From Acidobacteriota bacterium (lineage in GTDB: Bacteria > Acidobacteriota > UBA4820 > DSQY01), in assembly GCA_049967655.1 (NCBI GenBank), contig JBMFSH010000010.1, positions 26,155-90,154 on the forward strand: a stretch of 64,000 nt of DNA, read 5' to 3'. Below, one piece after another: positions 11,719-21,301 of this stretch. The notes beneath the pieces are model-generated. The model did not search any database and was not told where the DNA came from. It was given only the letters and a program-made list of their open reading frames with translations. Position 1 is the first letter of the stretch, and the number at the start of each line of letters is the position of its first letter. A program made the position numbers and the translations under genes.

Positions 11719-13359
11719 TCACCGGTTCCGAACGGGCCGGAAGGCCTGGATGAAGCGCATCATCTCAGCCAGGTTGCTCACCTTGACCTTACCCATCATG
11801 AATGCCGACTGGGGGTTCACCGCGCCCGTCTCGATGCCCAGATAGGTGGCCTCCTTCATCTCGACGCGGCAGTCGGGCTCGCCCTCCAATCCCTCCGAGA
11901 CCGAAACGGACTCGCCATCGATCCGGACCGTCCACTCGGGCGAGGCGGACCCCTGAATGCGGTAGTGGAAGAGCGAGCGCCAGCCGTCGGTCTTGCCCGG
12001 TCTCAGCCGGGCGGGCAGGGAGCGCATGAGCGCCTCCACGGTGCGGGGCGGCTCGGGCTGGGCCGGTGCGTCGCCGGCCGGTGGGCCGGAGGAAGAGGGC
12101 TCGGGCGGCGCCGGCACCGGCTGCCTGGGCTCGGCGGGCCGAGGCGGTCGTGTGTGTGCCGTCTGGCGGGGCGGCCGGGCCGAGGGCGCGGTCTTCTCCT
12201 CAGGCGAGCCCTGGTCCAGGGCCAAGCGGATGATGATTTCGCGCATGATCTCCGAGGTGCCCGCCGCCATGGTGGCCGCCCGGGCGTCCCGGAAGAATCG
12301 CGCCGCCGGGTACTCCTCCATGAAGCCGTAGCCGCCGAAGAACTGGAGGCACTCGTCAGCCACTTTCTTGCCAAGCTCGGTGGCCATGAGCTTGGCCATG
12401 GAGGATTCGAGCACCGCCGGCCGGCCCTCCCGCCGCAGCCACGCGGCGTGGTAGGTGAGCTGGCGCGCGGCCTCCAGCTCGGCGTACAGGTCGGCCATGC
12501 GGTGACGCAGGACCTGGAAGCGGTCCAGCGGCCGGCCGAAGGCCTTGCGCTGGGCCATGTAGCGGCGCGTGAAGTCCAGGGCCACGACGGAGCTTCCGAT
12601 GGAGATGGCGGCGGCGCAGAGCCGCTCCAGGGCGAAGCCCTCCATGATCTGGTAGAAGCCGCTGTTCTCCTCGCCGATCAGGTGGCCGGCGGGGACGCGG
12701 ACCTCCTCGAAGGAGAGCTCCGCCGTGTCCGAGCTGTGCCAGCCCAGCTTGCGCAAGCGGCGCGCCACGCGCACGCCGGGCGCGTCGGCGTCCACGGCCA
12801 GGAGGCTGATGCCCGCCGCTCCGTCCTCGGCGCTGCAGGTGCGCACGGCGAGGGTGAAGAAATCGCCCTCGGCACCGTTGGTGATGAAGGTCTTGGCGCC
12901 GTTGACCACGAAGTGGTCGCCGTCACGCCGGGCGCGGGTGCGGATGGAGGCCACGTCCGAGCCCGTGTCGGGTTCGGTGATGGCGAGCGCCCCCACCTTG
13001 GCCCCGGCGATGGAGGGGGCGAGGTAGAGTCGCTTCAGTTCCTCCGAGCCGTTGGCGGCGATGTGGGCCGTGGCCATGAACTGCTGCACCGAGACGGAGG
13101 CGCAGAAGCCACCCATGAGGGAGCGGGGAAGCTCCTCCAGGAAGGCGATGGCGAAGAAGAGGTCGGCCTCCTGGCCGCCGTAGGCCTCGGGATGGAGGAT
13201 CCCGAGGAAGCCCAGCTCGCCCATGCGCTGAAAGATGCTCCGGGGGATGCGGCCCTCCTGCTCCCACGCCTCGGCGTGCGGGGCCACCTCCTCCGTCACG
13301 AACCGCCGGACGCTGCGGCGGAACGCTTCGTGCTCATCCGTGAAGTAGATGGACTTCAT
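11719..13359 (-). CDS. Acyl-CoA dehydrogenase fused via a Pro-rich linker to an SCP2 sterol/lipid-binding domain
   Basis: AITEPDTGSD, QFFGGYG, GTSEIM; C-terminal AFMMGKVKV typical of SCP2. Confidence 0.88.
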   Translation of the reverse strand: MKSIYFTDEHEAFRRSVRRFVTEEVAPHAEAWEQEGRIPRSIFQRMGELGFLGILHPEAYGGQEADLFFAIAFLEELPRSLMGGFCASVSVQQFMATAHIAANGSEELKRLYLAPSIAGAKVGALAITEPDTGSDVASIRTRARRDGDHFVVNGAKTFITNGAEGDFFTLAVRTCSAEDGAAGISLLAVDADAPGVRVARRLRKLGWHSSDTAELSFEEVRVPAGHLIGEENSGFYQIMEGFALERLCAAAISIGSSVVALDFTRRYMAQRKAFGRPLDRFQVLRHRMADLYAELEAARQLTYHAAWLRREGRPAVLESSMAKLMATELGKKVADECLQFFGGYGFMEEYPAARFFRDARAATMAAGTSEIMREIIIRLALDQGSPEEKTAPSARPPRQTAHTRPPRPAEPRQPVPAPPEPSSSGPPAGDAPAQPEPPRTVEALMRSLPARLRPGKTDGWRSLFHYRIQGSASPEWTVRIDGESVSVSEGLEGEPDCRVEMKEATYLGIETGAVNPQSAFMMGKVKVSNLAEMMRFIQAFRPVRNR

Positions 13360-13385
13360 GGCCCGCTCCCGTTCAGCCAGACGCC

Positions 13386-13441
13386 TAATCGCTTAATCGC
13401 CTAATCGCTTAATCGCTTAATCGCCTAATCGCTTAATCGCC
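13386..13441. repeat. Tandem octamer repeat (TAATCGCY)x7
   Basis: Read directly from the sequence. Confidence 0.95.
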
Positions 13442-13468
13442 CAGTTACCTCGTCACCGAGCCCCCTCA

Positions 13469-15592
13469 TCATCCCTCGTAAAACTTCTTCCCGCTCTTGG
13501 CCATCTCGACGAGGAGCGGTGCGGGGTTGAAGCGCTGGCCGTGCAGCTTGGCGAGCGCCTCATACTGGTCCACGGCCTGGCGGGCGCCCAGGGCATCCAG
13601 GTACCGGAAGGGGCCGCCGCGGAAGGGAGGAAAGCCCAGGCCGAAGACGGCGCCCACGTCCCCGTCGCGGGGGCAGGAGAGCACCCCCTCCTGGAGGCAG
13701 TGGACGGCCTCGTTGGCCATGAGGAGGGCGAGGCGCTCGGCCATGGCCTTGCGGTCCATGGGGCGCCGCGGCACGCCGCCGAGCAGGCCGTAGACCTCCG
13801 CGTTGGGCCGCTTCCTTCCCTTCTTCCCGCGGGGAGGATAGACGTAAAAGCCCCGGCCGTTCTTCCTCCCCTGGTAGCCGGCCTCAAAGAGCCTGGGCAG
13901 GGCGTCGCTCGCCCCCAGACCGCGGTGGGCGTACACGGGCCCGAGCTCCTTGGCGACGTGGGCGCCCACGTCGATGCCCACCTCGTCCAGGAGGGTGACC
14001 GGCCCCACGGGGTAGCCGAAATCCTTCAGTGCGCTGTCCAGATCCTCCATGCGCGCACCCTCCTCCAGGAGGAGCACCGCCTCGTTCAGGAAGGGGGAGA
14101 GAATACGCGTCGTGTAGAATCCTGGACCATCCTCCACCACGATGGCGGTCTTGCCCTGCTTCACGGCGAAGGCGCGGGCCGTGGCCACGGCCCAGGGCGC
14201 CGTCTTCTCGGCGACGACCAGCTCCAGCAGGGGCATCTTGGGCACCGGGGAGAAGTAGTGCATGCCGAGAACGCGCTCGGGGTGGAGAGCCTTCTCGGCG
14301 ATTGCGGCGATGGGCAGGGCGGAGGTGTTGGAGGCGAAGACGCACTCGGCCGACACCAGCGCCTCTACCTCGGCGAGCACCTTCCGCTTGAGGTCGAGAT
14401 CCTCGAAGACCGCCTCGATCACGAGGTCGGCCCGCCGCAGGGCCTCCGCCTCCTGGGTGAGGTGCAGGCGGGCAAAGAGGCGGTCGCGCTCGAAGCGGGA
14501 GATGGCTCCCGATTTGACGCGCTTGGAGAGGCCCGAATAGACGCCCCGCGCGCAGCCCTCCAGAGCCTTCTGCGAAAGGTCGCGGACCACCACGGGGGCC
14601 AGCTCCAGCGAGACGGCCGCGATGCCGCTGCCCATGAAGCCCGCCCCCAGCACGGCGAGCCGGCCGACGGGCCGCGGGGGCGTGGTGTCCAGCGGCTTCT
14701 TGAGTTCGGTGGTGGCCTCGAAGAGGCCGATGAGGGCCTTGCACTCGGGCCCCGCCACGAGCTGCCCGAAGAGGACCGATTCCCTGTCGTACCCGGCCTG
14801 CGGCCCCTTGGCGTAGCCCGTCCGGACGCAGTCCAGGATGGAGAGGGGCGAGGGATAGAGCCCGTGGGTTTTGGCGATCACGCTCTTGTGCGCCTGCCGG
14901 AAGAGGAGGACCCGGCCGGGGGCGGATTCGAGCAGTCTCTCCATCCAAGGGCGCCTCCTCCCGCTCCGCCGGATGGAGCCGTCGAGCAGCCCGAGGGCCG
15001 TGCGGATGGCCGTCTCCTCGATGCCGCCGGGGGAGGTGAGGGCGTCCACGAGCCCAATTTTGAGTGCCTTGCGGGCGCGCACGCGCTGGCCCGTGAGCAT
15101 CATGGGCAGGGCCGCGGGCAGGCCCACGAGCCGCGGTAGGCGCACCGTGCCGCCGCCGGCGGGAAGCAGCCCCAACTGGACCTCGGGCAACCCCAGCACC
15201 ACCTTGGGATCGTCCGCCGCCAGCCGGTAGTGGCAAGCCAGGGCCACCTCCAGCCCGCCCCCCAGGGCGAGGCCCGCGATGGCGGCCACCGTGGGTTTGG
15301 AGGAGCCGGCCACCCGGTCGAGGAGGGTGTGGCCCTCGCGCGAGAAGCGCTCGCCCACCATGGGATCGCGGATGGAGAGGAAGAACTTGAGGTCGGCCCC
15401 CGCGATGAAGTTGTCGGGCTTCGCGCTGACGAGCACGCAGGCCTTGACCCCTGGGTCGCCCTCGACGTCGTCGATGACGCCGCGGAACTCCTCCACCACC
15501 TCGGGGGAGAGGATGTTCACCTTGCCCTTGGGGTTGTCGAAGGTGAGAACGGCCACCCCGTCCGGTCGTTTGGTCACGCGGATCGCGCCCAT
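13469..15592 (-). CDS. fadJ: Fatty acid oxidation complex alpha subunit (enoyl-CoA hydratase / 3-hydroxyacyl-CoA dehydrogenase)
   Basis: FIAGAD, GGGLE, LPEVQLG, GAGFMGSG, SNTSALPI, GMHYFSP motifs. Confidence 0.92.
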   Translation of the reverse strand: MGAIRVTKRPDGVAVLTFDNPKGKVNILSPEVVEEFRGVIDDVEGDPGVKACVLVSAKPDNFIAGADLKFFLSIRDPMVGERFSREGHTLLDRVAGSSKPTVAAIAGLALGGGLEVALACHYRLAADDPKVVLGLPEVQLGLLPAGGGTVRLPRLVGLPAALPMMLTGQRVRARKALKIGLVDALTSPGGIEETAIRTALGLLDGSIRRSGRRRPWMERLLESAPGRVLLFRQAHKSVIAKTHGLYPSPLSILDCVRTGYAKGPQAGYDRESVLFGQLVAGPECKALIGLFEATTELKKPLDTTPPRPVGRLAVLGAGFMGSGIAAVSLELAPVVVRDLSQKALEGCARGVYSGLSKRVKSGAISRFERDRLFARLHLTQEAEALRRADLVIEAVFEDLDLKRKVLAEVEALVSAECVFASNTSALPIAAIAEKALHPERVLGMHYFSPVPKMPLLELVVAEKTAPWAVATARAFAVKQGKTAIVVEDGPGFYTTRILSPFLNEAVLLLEEGARMEDLDSALKDFGYPVGPVTLLDEVGIDVGAHVAKELGPVYAHRGLGASDALPRLFEAGYQGRKNGRGFYVYPPRGKKGRKRPNAEVYGLLGGVPRRPMDRKAMAERLALLMANEAVHCLQEGVLSCPRDGDVGAVFGLGFPPFRGGPFRYLDALGARQAVDQYEALAKLHGQRFNPAPLLVEMAKSGKKFYEG

Positions 15593-15594
15593 GG

Positions 15595-16890
15595 TCACAC
15601 CCTCTCCAAGACGATGGCGTTGCCCACCGCTCCAGCGGCGCAGGCCGCCACCACTCCGAACCGGGCCCCCTCCCGCTCCATGCGGCGGCAGCAGGTGGTC
15701 ACGAGCCTCCCGCCGGTGGCGCCGAAGGGGTGGCCGATGGAGAGGGAGCCGCCCCACGCGTTGAGCTTCTCCGGGTCGATGGCGCCCACGGGCTTCTCCG
15801 CCCCCAGGCGCTCTCGCGCAAAGCGCTCGTCCTCCAGCAGCCTGAGCACGGCGAGCATCTGCGCCGCGAAGGCCTCGTGGATCTCCCATACCCCCACCTC
15901 GGCAGGGGAGATGCCGGCGCTCTCCAGAACGCCGGGGATGGCGAAGGCCGGCCCCAGCAGCAGCTCGTCCAGGGGGTCTTGGGCCGTGGTGCTCACGGCG
16001 CGAAGGACGGCCAGTGGCTTGATCCCCTTGGCCTTCGCGCGCTCCTCGCTCATAAGGAGGACCGCCGAGGCGCCGTCCGTGAGGTAGGAGCTGTTGGCCG
16101 CCGTGACCGTGCCGAAGCGCCGGTCGAAGGCCGGCTTGAGGGAGGCCATCTTCTCGTAGGTGGAGTCCCCCCGCACGCCGTTGTCCGCCTGCACGACCTT
16201 GAAGGCGGGCGGCGCGTAGAGGGGCACGATCTGGTCCGCGAAGAGCCCCTTGCGGGCCGCCTCCGCCGCCCGCTGGTGGGAGCGCAGGGCGTAGGCGTCC
16301 TGGTCAGCCCGGGAGATGCCCAGGCGCTTGGCCAGGCGCTCGGCGTTCTGCCCCATGGAGAGGCCCGTGGAGAAGTCGGCGATGGCGGGCACCTCGGGTG
16401 CAAGGTCGTGGAACTTCAGCCCCTTGGCCATGCCGAGCAAGCCCTTCAGCCCGCGGCTCTTCTGGCTGGCCATGAGGCGCTTTCGGATGTTTCTGGAAAC
16501 CCGGATGGGCGCGTCGGAGAGGGTGTCGGTCCCCCCGGCGATGGCCACCTCCGCCTGCCCCAGGGCGATAGCGTTGGCGGCGCTCAGGATGGCGAGGTTG
16601 GCCGAGACGCAGGCCACGGTCACGGTGAAGGCGGGGACCGACACCGGGAGGCCGCTCGCCAGGCCCACCTCGCGGGCCACGTTGCTCGTGGCGGGGTCCT
16701 GGAGGACCGTCCCCATTACCAGGAGCTCCACCTCGCCGGGCTCCACCGGAGCGTGGTGGAGCAGCCCGGCCACCGCGTGGCGGCCGAGGTCGTAGGCGGT
16801 CAACTCCGCGAAGGCGGTCCCCGAGCGGGCGAAGGGCGTGCGCCGGCCGTCCATCACGACGACGCGGCGCCCGTTCATGACGCTTTTCAT
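15595..16890 (-). CDS. fadI: 3-ketoacyl-CoA thiolase (FadI-type)
   Basis: Catalytic Cys in VACVS; HEAF, GHPFGATG, CAAG motifs. Confidence 0.92.
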   Translation of the reverse strand: MKSVMNGRRVVVMDGRRTPFARSGTAFAELTAYDLGRHAVAGLLHHAPVEPGEVELLVMGTVLQDPATSNVAREVGLASGLPVSVPAFTVTVACVSANLAILSAANAIALGQAEVAIAGGTDTLSDAPIRVSRNIRKRLMASQKSRGLKGLLGMAKGLKFHDLAPEVPAIADFSTGLSMGQNAERLAKRLGISRADQDAYALRSHQRAAEAARKGLFADQIVPLYAPPAFKVVQADNGVRGDSTYEKMASLKPAFDRRFGTVTAANSSYLTDGASAVLLMSEERAKAKGIKPLAVLRAVSTTAQDPLDELLLGPAFAIPGVLESAGISPAEVGVWEIHEAFAAQMLAVLRLLEDERFARERLGAEKPVGAIDPEKLNAWGGSLSIGHPFGATGGRLVTTCCRRMEREGARFGVVAACAAGAVGNAIVLERV

Positions 16891-17021
16891 TGCTATCCCC
16901 CATCCATAGGCAACCGGGCCAGCGTCCGAATCCGCGCGGAGCTGCCACTCTTTTGTATGCGCCCCGCGAGGGGGTGTCAAGGCTGACGCGCGCTCTTCGC
17001 GCCCCCCCTCCCTCCATCGCC

Positions 17022-17124
17022 CAATCGCTCAATCGCTCAATCGCTCAATCGCTCAATCGCCTAATAGCTCAATCGCTCAATCGCCTATAGCTCAATCGCT
17101 CAATCGCCTAATAGCTCAATCGCT
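17022..17124. repeat. Tandem octamer repeat CAATCGCT with TAATAGCT variants, about 13 units
   Basis: Read directly from the sequence. Confidence 0.95.
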
Positions 17125-17255
17125 TCTTCGCTCCATCTCCCAACCCCTATCCAGTGCTATCCTACCCACGGCCCGCCACCCGAAGATCTCCACGGTCACC
17201 CACGCGGGATGAAAGCGGGCCCGAGCGCCGTTGCGGGTTCTGGAGGAGAGAGGCC

Positions 17256-17765
17256 ATGGCAGACGATCGGAACGCCGAGGATCAGGGTCTGGTGACGATC
17301 CGCACCTACATGACCGTGCTGGAGGTGGAGTGGGCCCGCTCGGTGCTGGCCTCCGCCGGACTCTGCTGCTTCGTCCCGGACGCCGTGGGGGGGACTCTCT
17401 TTCCGATGCCCGGCGGCATTCGCCTCCAGGTGCCAGCCTCTGCGGCCGAGGAGTCCGAGCGCGTCCTCGCCGGCCAGGAGCTTGAAAGAGGGCTGGGATC
17501 GGAGACGCCCCACGGCGGGGAGGCCGCCGCGGAAACCGAGCCCGGCTCCCCGGACGAGGAGCCCGAGACCGTGGAGGCGGTAGAGCCACACGACCTCTGC
17601 CCGTCGCCGCCCTTCCTGTTCTGCCCAGCCTGCGGCTCCCTGGCCGTAAGGGAGACGCCCCCTCCGAAGTACGCCGCCGAAAGCGCCCTCAGCGGCGCCC
17701 TCTCGCGCTTTCTGGGCCGTGGCTGGCACCGTTGCGCCGACTGCGGCCACGAGTGGAAGGGCTGA
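17256..17765 (+). CDS. DUF2007-like protein with C-terminal zinc ribbon
   Basis: LVTIRTY...LASAG...IRLQV pattern; CPACGS...CADCGHEW; GGAGGAG RBS. Confidence 0.7.
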   Translation: MADDRNAEDQGLVTIRTYMTVLEVEWARSVLASAGLCCFVPDAVGGTLFPMPGGIRLQVPASAAEESERVLAGQELERGLGSETPHGGEAAAETEPGSPDEEPETVEAVEPHDLCPSPPFLFCPACGSLAVRETPPPKYAAESALSGALSRFLGRGWHRCADCGHEWKG

Positions 17766-17792
17766 GGACCGCCCCTTCGGTCTTTTAGGCCA

Positions 17793-18911
17793 TCAGCGCC
17801 CGAACTCACTGAGGTTGCGCAGGAAGTGCAAGGTGTCCTCTCGGGTGAGCATGCCCACCATGCGCCCGCCGTCTATCACGGGGAGCTGGTTGACCCCGTC
17901 CCGCTGCATCTCGTCTACGGCCCGCCAGAGTTCGGTGTCGGGGGCGAGGAGCTGGAGCTTCTCTACGGGGATCATGGCCTGCTCGCACGTCGTCGTGGCC
18001 CACGAGGCCCTTGGGATCTCCCTCAGGCGGTGGAGCGTGAGGAGTCCGGCTAGGCTGTTGCCGCGCTCCACGACGAAGCAGCGCCGCCCGCTGCCCAGGA
18101 TGTGCTCGTCCACCAGGCGCTGTAGCGTCAGGTCCGCGGGGACGGAGGCATACTCCTTGCTCATGGCCTCCGAGACCCGATGGCCGGCCAGCACGTCGTG
18201 CGCGTCCTGGGTGTGGATCTGTCCGGCCGCGGCGCTGTCCAGGAACCATCCGATGAAGGCGATCCACACGCCGTCCATGAAATTGCCGGTGAGCACCTCC
18301 CAGACGCCGTAGAAGATGAAGAGGAGCGCCACGAAGCGCCCGACCCACGCGGCCATCAGCGTGGCCTTGCGGAAGCTGCCCGTGACCCCCCAGACCACGG
18401 CCCTCAAGACGCGTCCTCCGTCCAGCGGAAAGCCCGGGATGAGGTTGAACAGGACCAGCATGCCGTTGATGAGGGCCAGGTACTCGGCCAGAGCCAGGAC
18501 GGGCCCGGCGGAGGTGAGACTCAGTCGCAGCAGGCCGAAGAGAAGGGCCAAGGCTAAGCTGACCGCCGGTCCCGCCACGGCGATCCAGAACTCCGCCAGG
18601 GCGCTGGGGGGCTCGGCACCGATCTGGGCCACACCCCCGAAGATGAAGAGCGTGATGCTGCGCACGGGGATTTTGTAGCGCATGGCTACCACCGAGTGCC
18701 CCAGCTCGTGCAGTAGAACGCTCGCGAAGAGCAGGATGGCCGTCAGGGCGCCCATCGCCCAGTAGAGCCCCGCCGGCCAGCCCGGGAACTCGTGGGGGTA
18801 GTAGCTCGCCGCGAGCGACCAGGTGATCAGGCCGAAGATCAGGAACCAGGTGTAGTCCAATCCGATGGGGATTCCCAGGATGCGTCCTAGGGGAATGGTA
18901 TTGCGTCCCAT
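17793..18911 (-). CDS. Site-2 (M50) intramembrane metalloprotease with tandem CBS domains
   Basis: HELGH, AGP, NLIPGFPLDGG motifs; C-terminal CBS pair. Confidence 0.95.
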   Translation of the reverse strand: MGRNTIPLGRILGIPIGLDYTWFLIFGLITWSLAASYYPHEFPGWPAGLYWAMGALTAILLFASVLLHELGHSVVAMRYKIPVRSITLFIFGGVAQIGAEPPSALAEFWIAVAGPAVSLALALLFGLLRLSLTSAGPVLALAEYLALINGMLVLFNLIPGFPLDGGRVLRAVVWGVTGSFRKATLMAAWVGRFVALLFIFYGVWEVLTGNFMDGVWIAFIGWFLDSAAAGQIHTQDAHDVLAGHRVSEAMSKEYASVPADLTLQRLVDEHILGSGRRCFVVERGNSLAGLLTLHRLREIPRASWATTTCEQAMIPVEKLQLLAPDTELWRAVDEMQRDGVNQLPVIDGGRMVGMLTREDTLHFLRNLSEFGR

Positions 18912-18991
18912 GGTTCATCTCCTAGACAGAACGTCAGCCGAGGCGACCGGCGGCCGGAAGGAACCGACGGCGGAGGGTTAGGCCTGGGCGC

Positions 18992-19849
18992 CTACTCAAC
19001 CTTGGCCCCCTGGCGCGCGCTCCTGACCTCCCTGAAGGAGTATAGCAGCGCCGGCAGGGCTACGAAGAGCATGAAGAGACCCACGAGCACCTCCCCCGAA
19101 TCGAGGAAGACGTACCGGTCCCACCCCAGGAGGGCCAGGATGCCGGCGAGGGCGAAGAGCAGCCCGCCGAAGAAGAGCGTGCGTCCGCCGGTCTGGGAGC
19201 CGATGCGGCGGATCTCCTGCTCGCTGAGGAGGTGCGTCCAGTGGAGGGAGGCGCCGAAGAGCGCCCCCACGGCGGCCAGGGTGAGCATGGTCCCCAAGCC
19301 GAAGAGGAGGCCGGGAAGGAAGCCCAGCCAGGCGCTTCCCATGGCCGGGGCCGCCACGGTGTTCACGAAAAGGGAGAAGGGGCCGAAGCCGAAGGCCGCG
19401 ATGAAACCGTGTACTAGGGTCCAGCGCACGGGCGGCGCCTGTGGAGCCTGCGCCTTGTGGGTGTGGCGCATCTTCAGGACGTTGCTCGTGCACTCCATCC
19501 CGTTCCCCGCCTCGTGGTGGTGCCCCAGCAGGTGCAGGTGGAGGTAGCGGTTGCGCCGCAGCACGACGGTGCCCGCCGCCGTCATGACCGCTCCCACCGC
19601 CACGTAGACGATGCCGTCGAGCAGAGGGAGGCGCAGGAAGGGCGCCAGGGCCAGGTAGGCGAGCTCGGAGACGATCATGCGCTGGAAGGTGAAGGCCGCC
19701 GAGAAGTACAGCCCCGCCCGCATGCCCTCCCATCCGCTGGCGCCGCCGATGGCGTAGCTGAAGGTGATGGGCCAGGTGTGCTCGTCGGGGAGGATCCCGT
19801 GCAGGAGTCCGAAGAGGAGCGAATAGGTCAGCGCCAGAATAGGGCTCAT
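18992..19849 (-). CDS. Membrane protein, probable Ni/Co transporter-like (NiCoT/UreH/DsbD_2 superfamily)
   Basis: GLLHGILPDEH in first helix, His-rich loop HLHLLGHHH, FGLGT motif, multiple hydrophobic segments. Confidence 0.6.
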   Translation of the reverse strand: MSPILALTYSLLFGLLHGILPDEHTWPITFSYAIGGASGWEGMRAGLYFSAAFTFQRMIVSELAYLALAPFLRLPLLDGIVYVAVGAVMTAAGTVVLRRNRYLHLHLLGHHHEAGNGMECTSNVLKMRHTHKAQAPQAPPVRWTLVHGFIAAFGFGPFSLFVNTVAAPAMGSAWLGFLPGLLFGLGTMLTLAAVGALFGASLHWTHLLSEQEIRRIGSQTGGRTLFFGGLLFALAGILALLGWDRYVFLDSGEVLVGLFMLFVALPALLYSFREVRSARQGAKVE

Positions 19850-19955
19850 GGCCGTGCCTCCACCCTATGCTAACACGACCGGCCGCACGCCCGCTTTCTC
19901 CCCCCCCGCGGCCCTCCTTGCGCTCCGACGTCTCTGGCCGGATGGTGGCGCTCTG

Positions 19956-20345
19956 CTACGGGGCCACCGTGGCCCCGTGCTCGCGGAGGAGCTCCCGAAG
20001 CACCGACCGGTGACAGTGGGATTCGTCTTCGCAGTAGCAGCCCACGGAGAGGTTCGTCTGGTGCGAGAGGGCGGCCAGCAGCGCGAGCAGGCGCTCGGCC
20101 TCCGGCCGCTTCATCTCGGCCCGGTAGCGCCGCTCGAAGGCCCGCCAGGCCCGCTCGTCGGTCGCCTGTTGCGCCTCCTTCACCAGCTTCTCCGAGGGGG
20201 CCAGCTCTGGCAGCCACGCGTCGTAGAAGTCCCGCGAGGCGTGCTCCGCCTTCGGCACCCCCCGCGGCGGCCGCCGCACCGTCCCCAGCCTCAGCCCCTC
20301 GCCCTCCGCCCTTGGGCTTCCTAGCCGCACCACCCGGATCGCCAT
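19956..20345 (-). CDS. DUF488 (YeaO-like) protein
   Basis: RRPPRGV.K, WLPELAPS, CYCEDESHCHR motifs; GGAGG RBS. Confidence 0.88.
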   Translation of the reverse strand: MAIRVVRLGSPRAEGEGLRLGTVRRPPRGVPKAEHASRDFYDAWLPELAPSEKLVKEAQQATDERAWRAFERRYRAEMKRPEAERLLALLAALSHQTNLSVGCYCEDESHCHRSVLRELLREHGATVAP

Positions 20346-20421
20346 GGCAACCTCCTCCTCCCCGCCTCCGTCTGGCCACACTATAGCGCAGGAGGGGCGG
20401 GGAGCGAGACGCGCGCAAGGG

Positions 20422-20460
20422 TTCACCACGGAGGACGCGGAGAGCACGGAGGAAGAGGGG
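20422..20460 (+). repeat. Dispersed repeat TTCACCACGGAG...CACGGAG, copy 1
   Basis: 28/30 identical to the reverse complement of 22671-22700. Confidence 0.85.
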
Positions 20461-20475
20461 CGAGGAGGCACGGGG

Positions 20476-20620
20476 GCGATGAAGCGATTAGGCGATTAAG
20501 CGATTAAGCGATTAAGCGATGAAGCGATGAAGCGATGAAGCGATTAAGCGATGAAGCGATGAAGCGATTGGGCCATGAGGCGATTGCGTGATGAGGTGAT
20601 GAGGTGATGAGGTGATGAGG
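20476..20620. repeat. Tandem octamers (GCGATKAA)n followed by (GTGATGAG)x4
   Basis: Read directly from the sequence. Confidence 0.93.
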
Positions 20621-20820
20621 GCGCGGGGAGGCCTTCGAAGGCGGCACGCTGAACGGCTGCCTTCTTCGCTCCTTCACTCCCTTCACCCCGTGTAGGAACG
20701 CTCTCCGGAGCGCGATGGCTTCCAGCCGAGCAGGGGCGCACTTGGGAGCCGGCTGTAGGCGTCGGCCACGCCGGTCGCGGCCTGGCCCTTCTTCGGCGGA
20801 CACGGCTTCGCCCGAGGCGC

Positions 20821-20848
20821 TGAAACCGGATCGCCCGCTCCTCCGTCC
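20821..20848 (+). promoter_or_regulatory. Probable ECF sigma promoter TGAAAC-N17-CGTC
   Basis: Fits the AAC/CGT pattern of SigW-like ECF promoters; directly upstream of the ECF operon. Confidence 0.65.
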
Positions 20849-20871
20849 AAGGGACCTGAAGGAGGATTCCC

Positions 20872-21255
20872 ATGCCGGATTGGACTGCCATTGCGGCGAT
20901 TACGACGGTCTTCGGGGCCGGCGTGATCATCGTTGCCATCGTCATGTGGGTTCATTACCGTAAGAGCATCATGCGCAACCAGGAGCGCTTGGCCGCCATC
21001 GAGAAGGGCATCCCTCTGCCGGACCTGGCCGAGCCCGGCGCCCCCGTGGGTCGGAACCACTTCCGCCATCCGTTGCGCCACGGTATCCGTTCCCTCTTTA
21101 TCGGAGCGGGGCTGGCCTGGGCGCTCTACGTCAGCGTCGGGCCGACGGCGGCCGTGTGGGGCGGCTTCGTGGCCGTGATCGGCCTGGGCGACCTGGTCTA
21201 CTGGGCGCTGGTGGGGCGGAAGGTGGAGAGCGCGCCCGGGGACGCTCCCCGCTGA
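20872..21255 (+). CDS. DUF6249-like membrane protein
   Basis: TM helix, ERLAAIEKG motif, then two TM helices; AGGAGG RBS. Confidence 0.75.
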   Translation: MPDWTAIAAITTVFGAGVIIVAIVMWVHYRKSIMRNQERLAAIEKGIPLPDLAEPGAPVGRNHFRHPLRHGIRSLFIGAGLAWALYVSVGPTAAVWGGFVAVIGLGDLVYWALVGRKVESAPGDAPR

Positions 21256-21301
21256 GCGGCCTCCGATCTTCTAATATTGGGAAAGGAAGAGGGAGCCGCG
21301 C

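Noticed and set aside
13386..17124. Tandem arrays as CRISPR
   Set aside because: 8-nt units with no unique spacers, and no cas genes in the window
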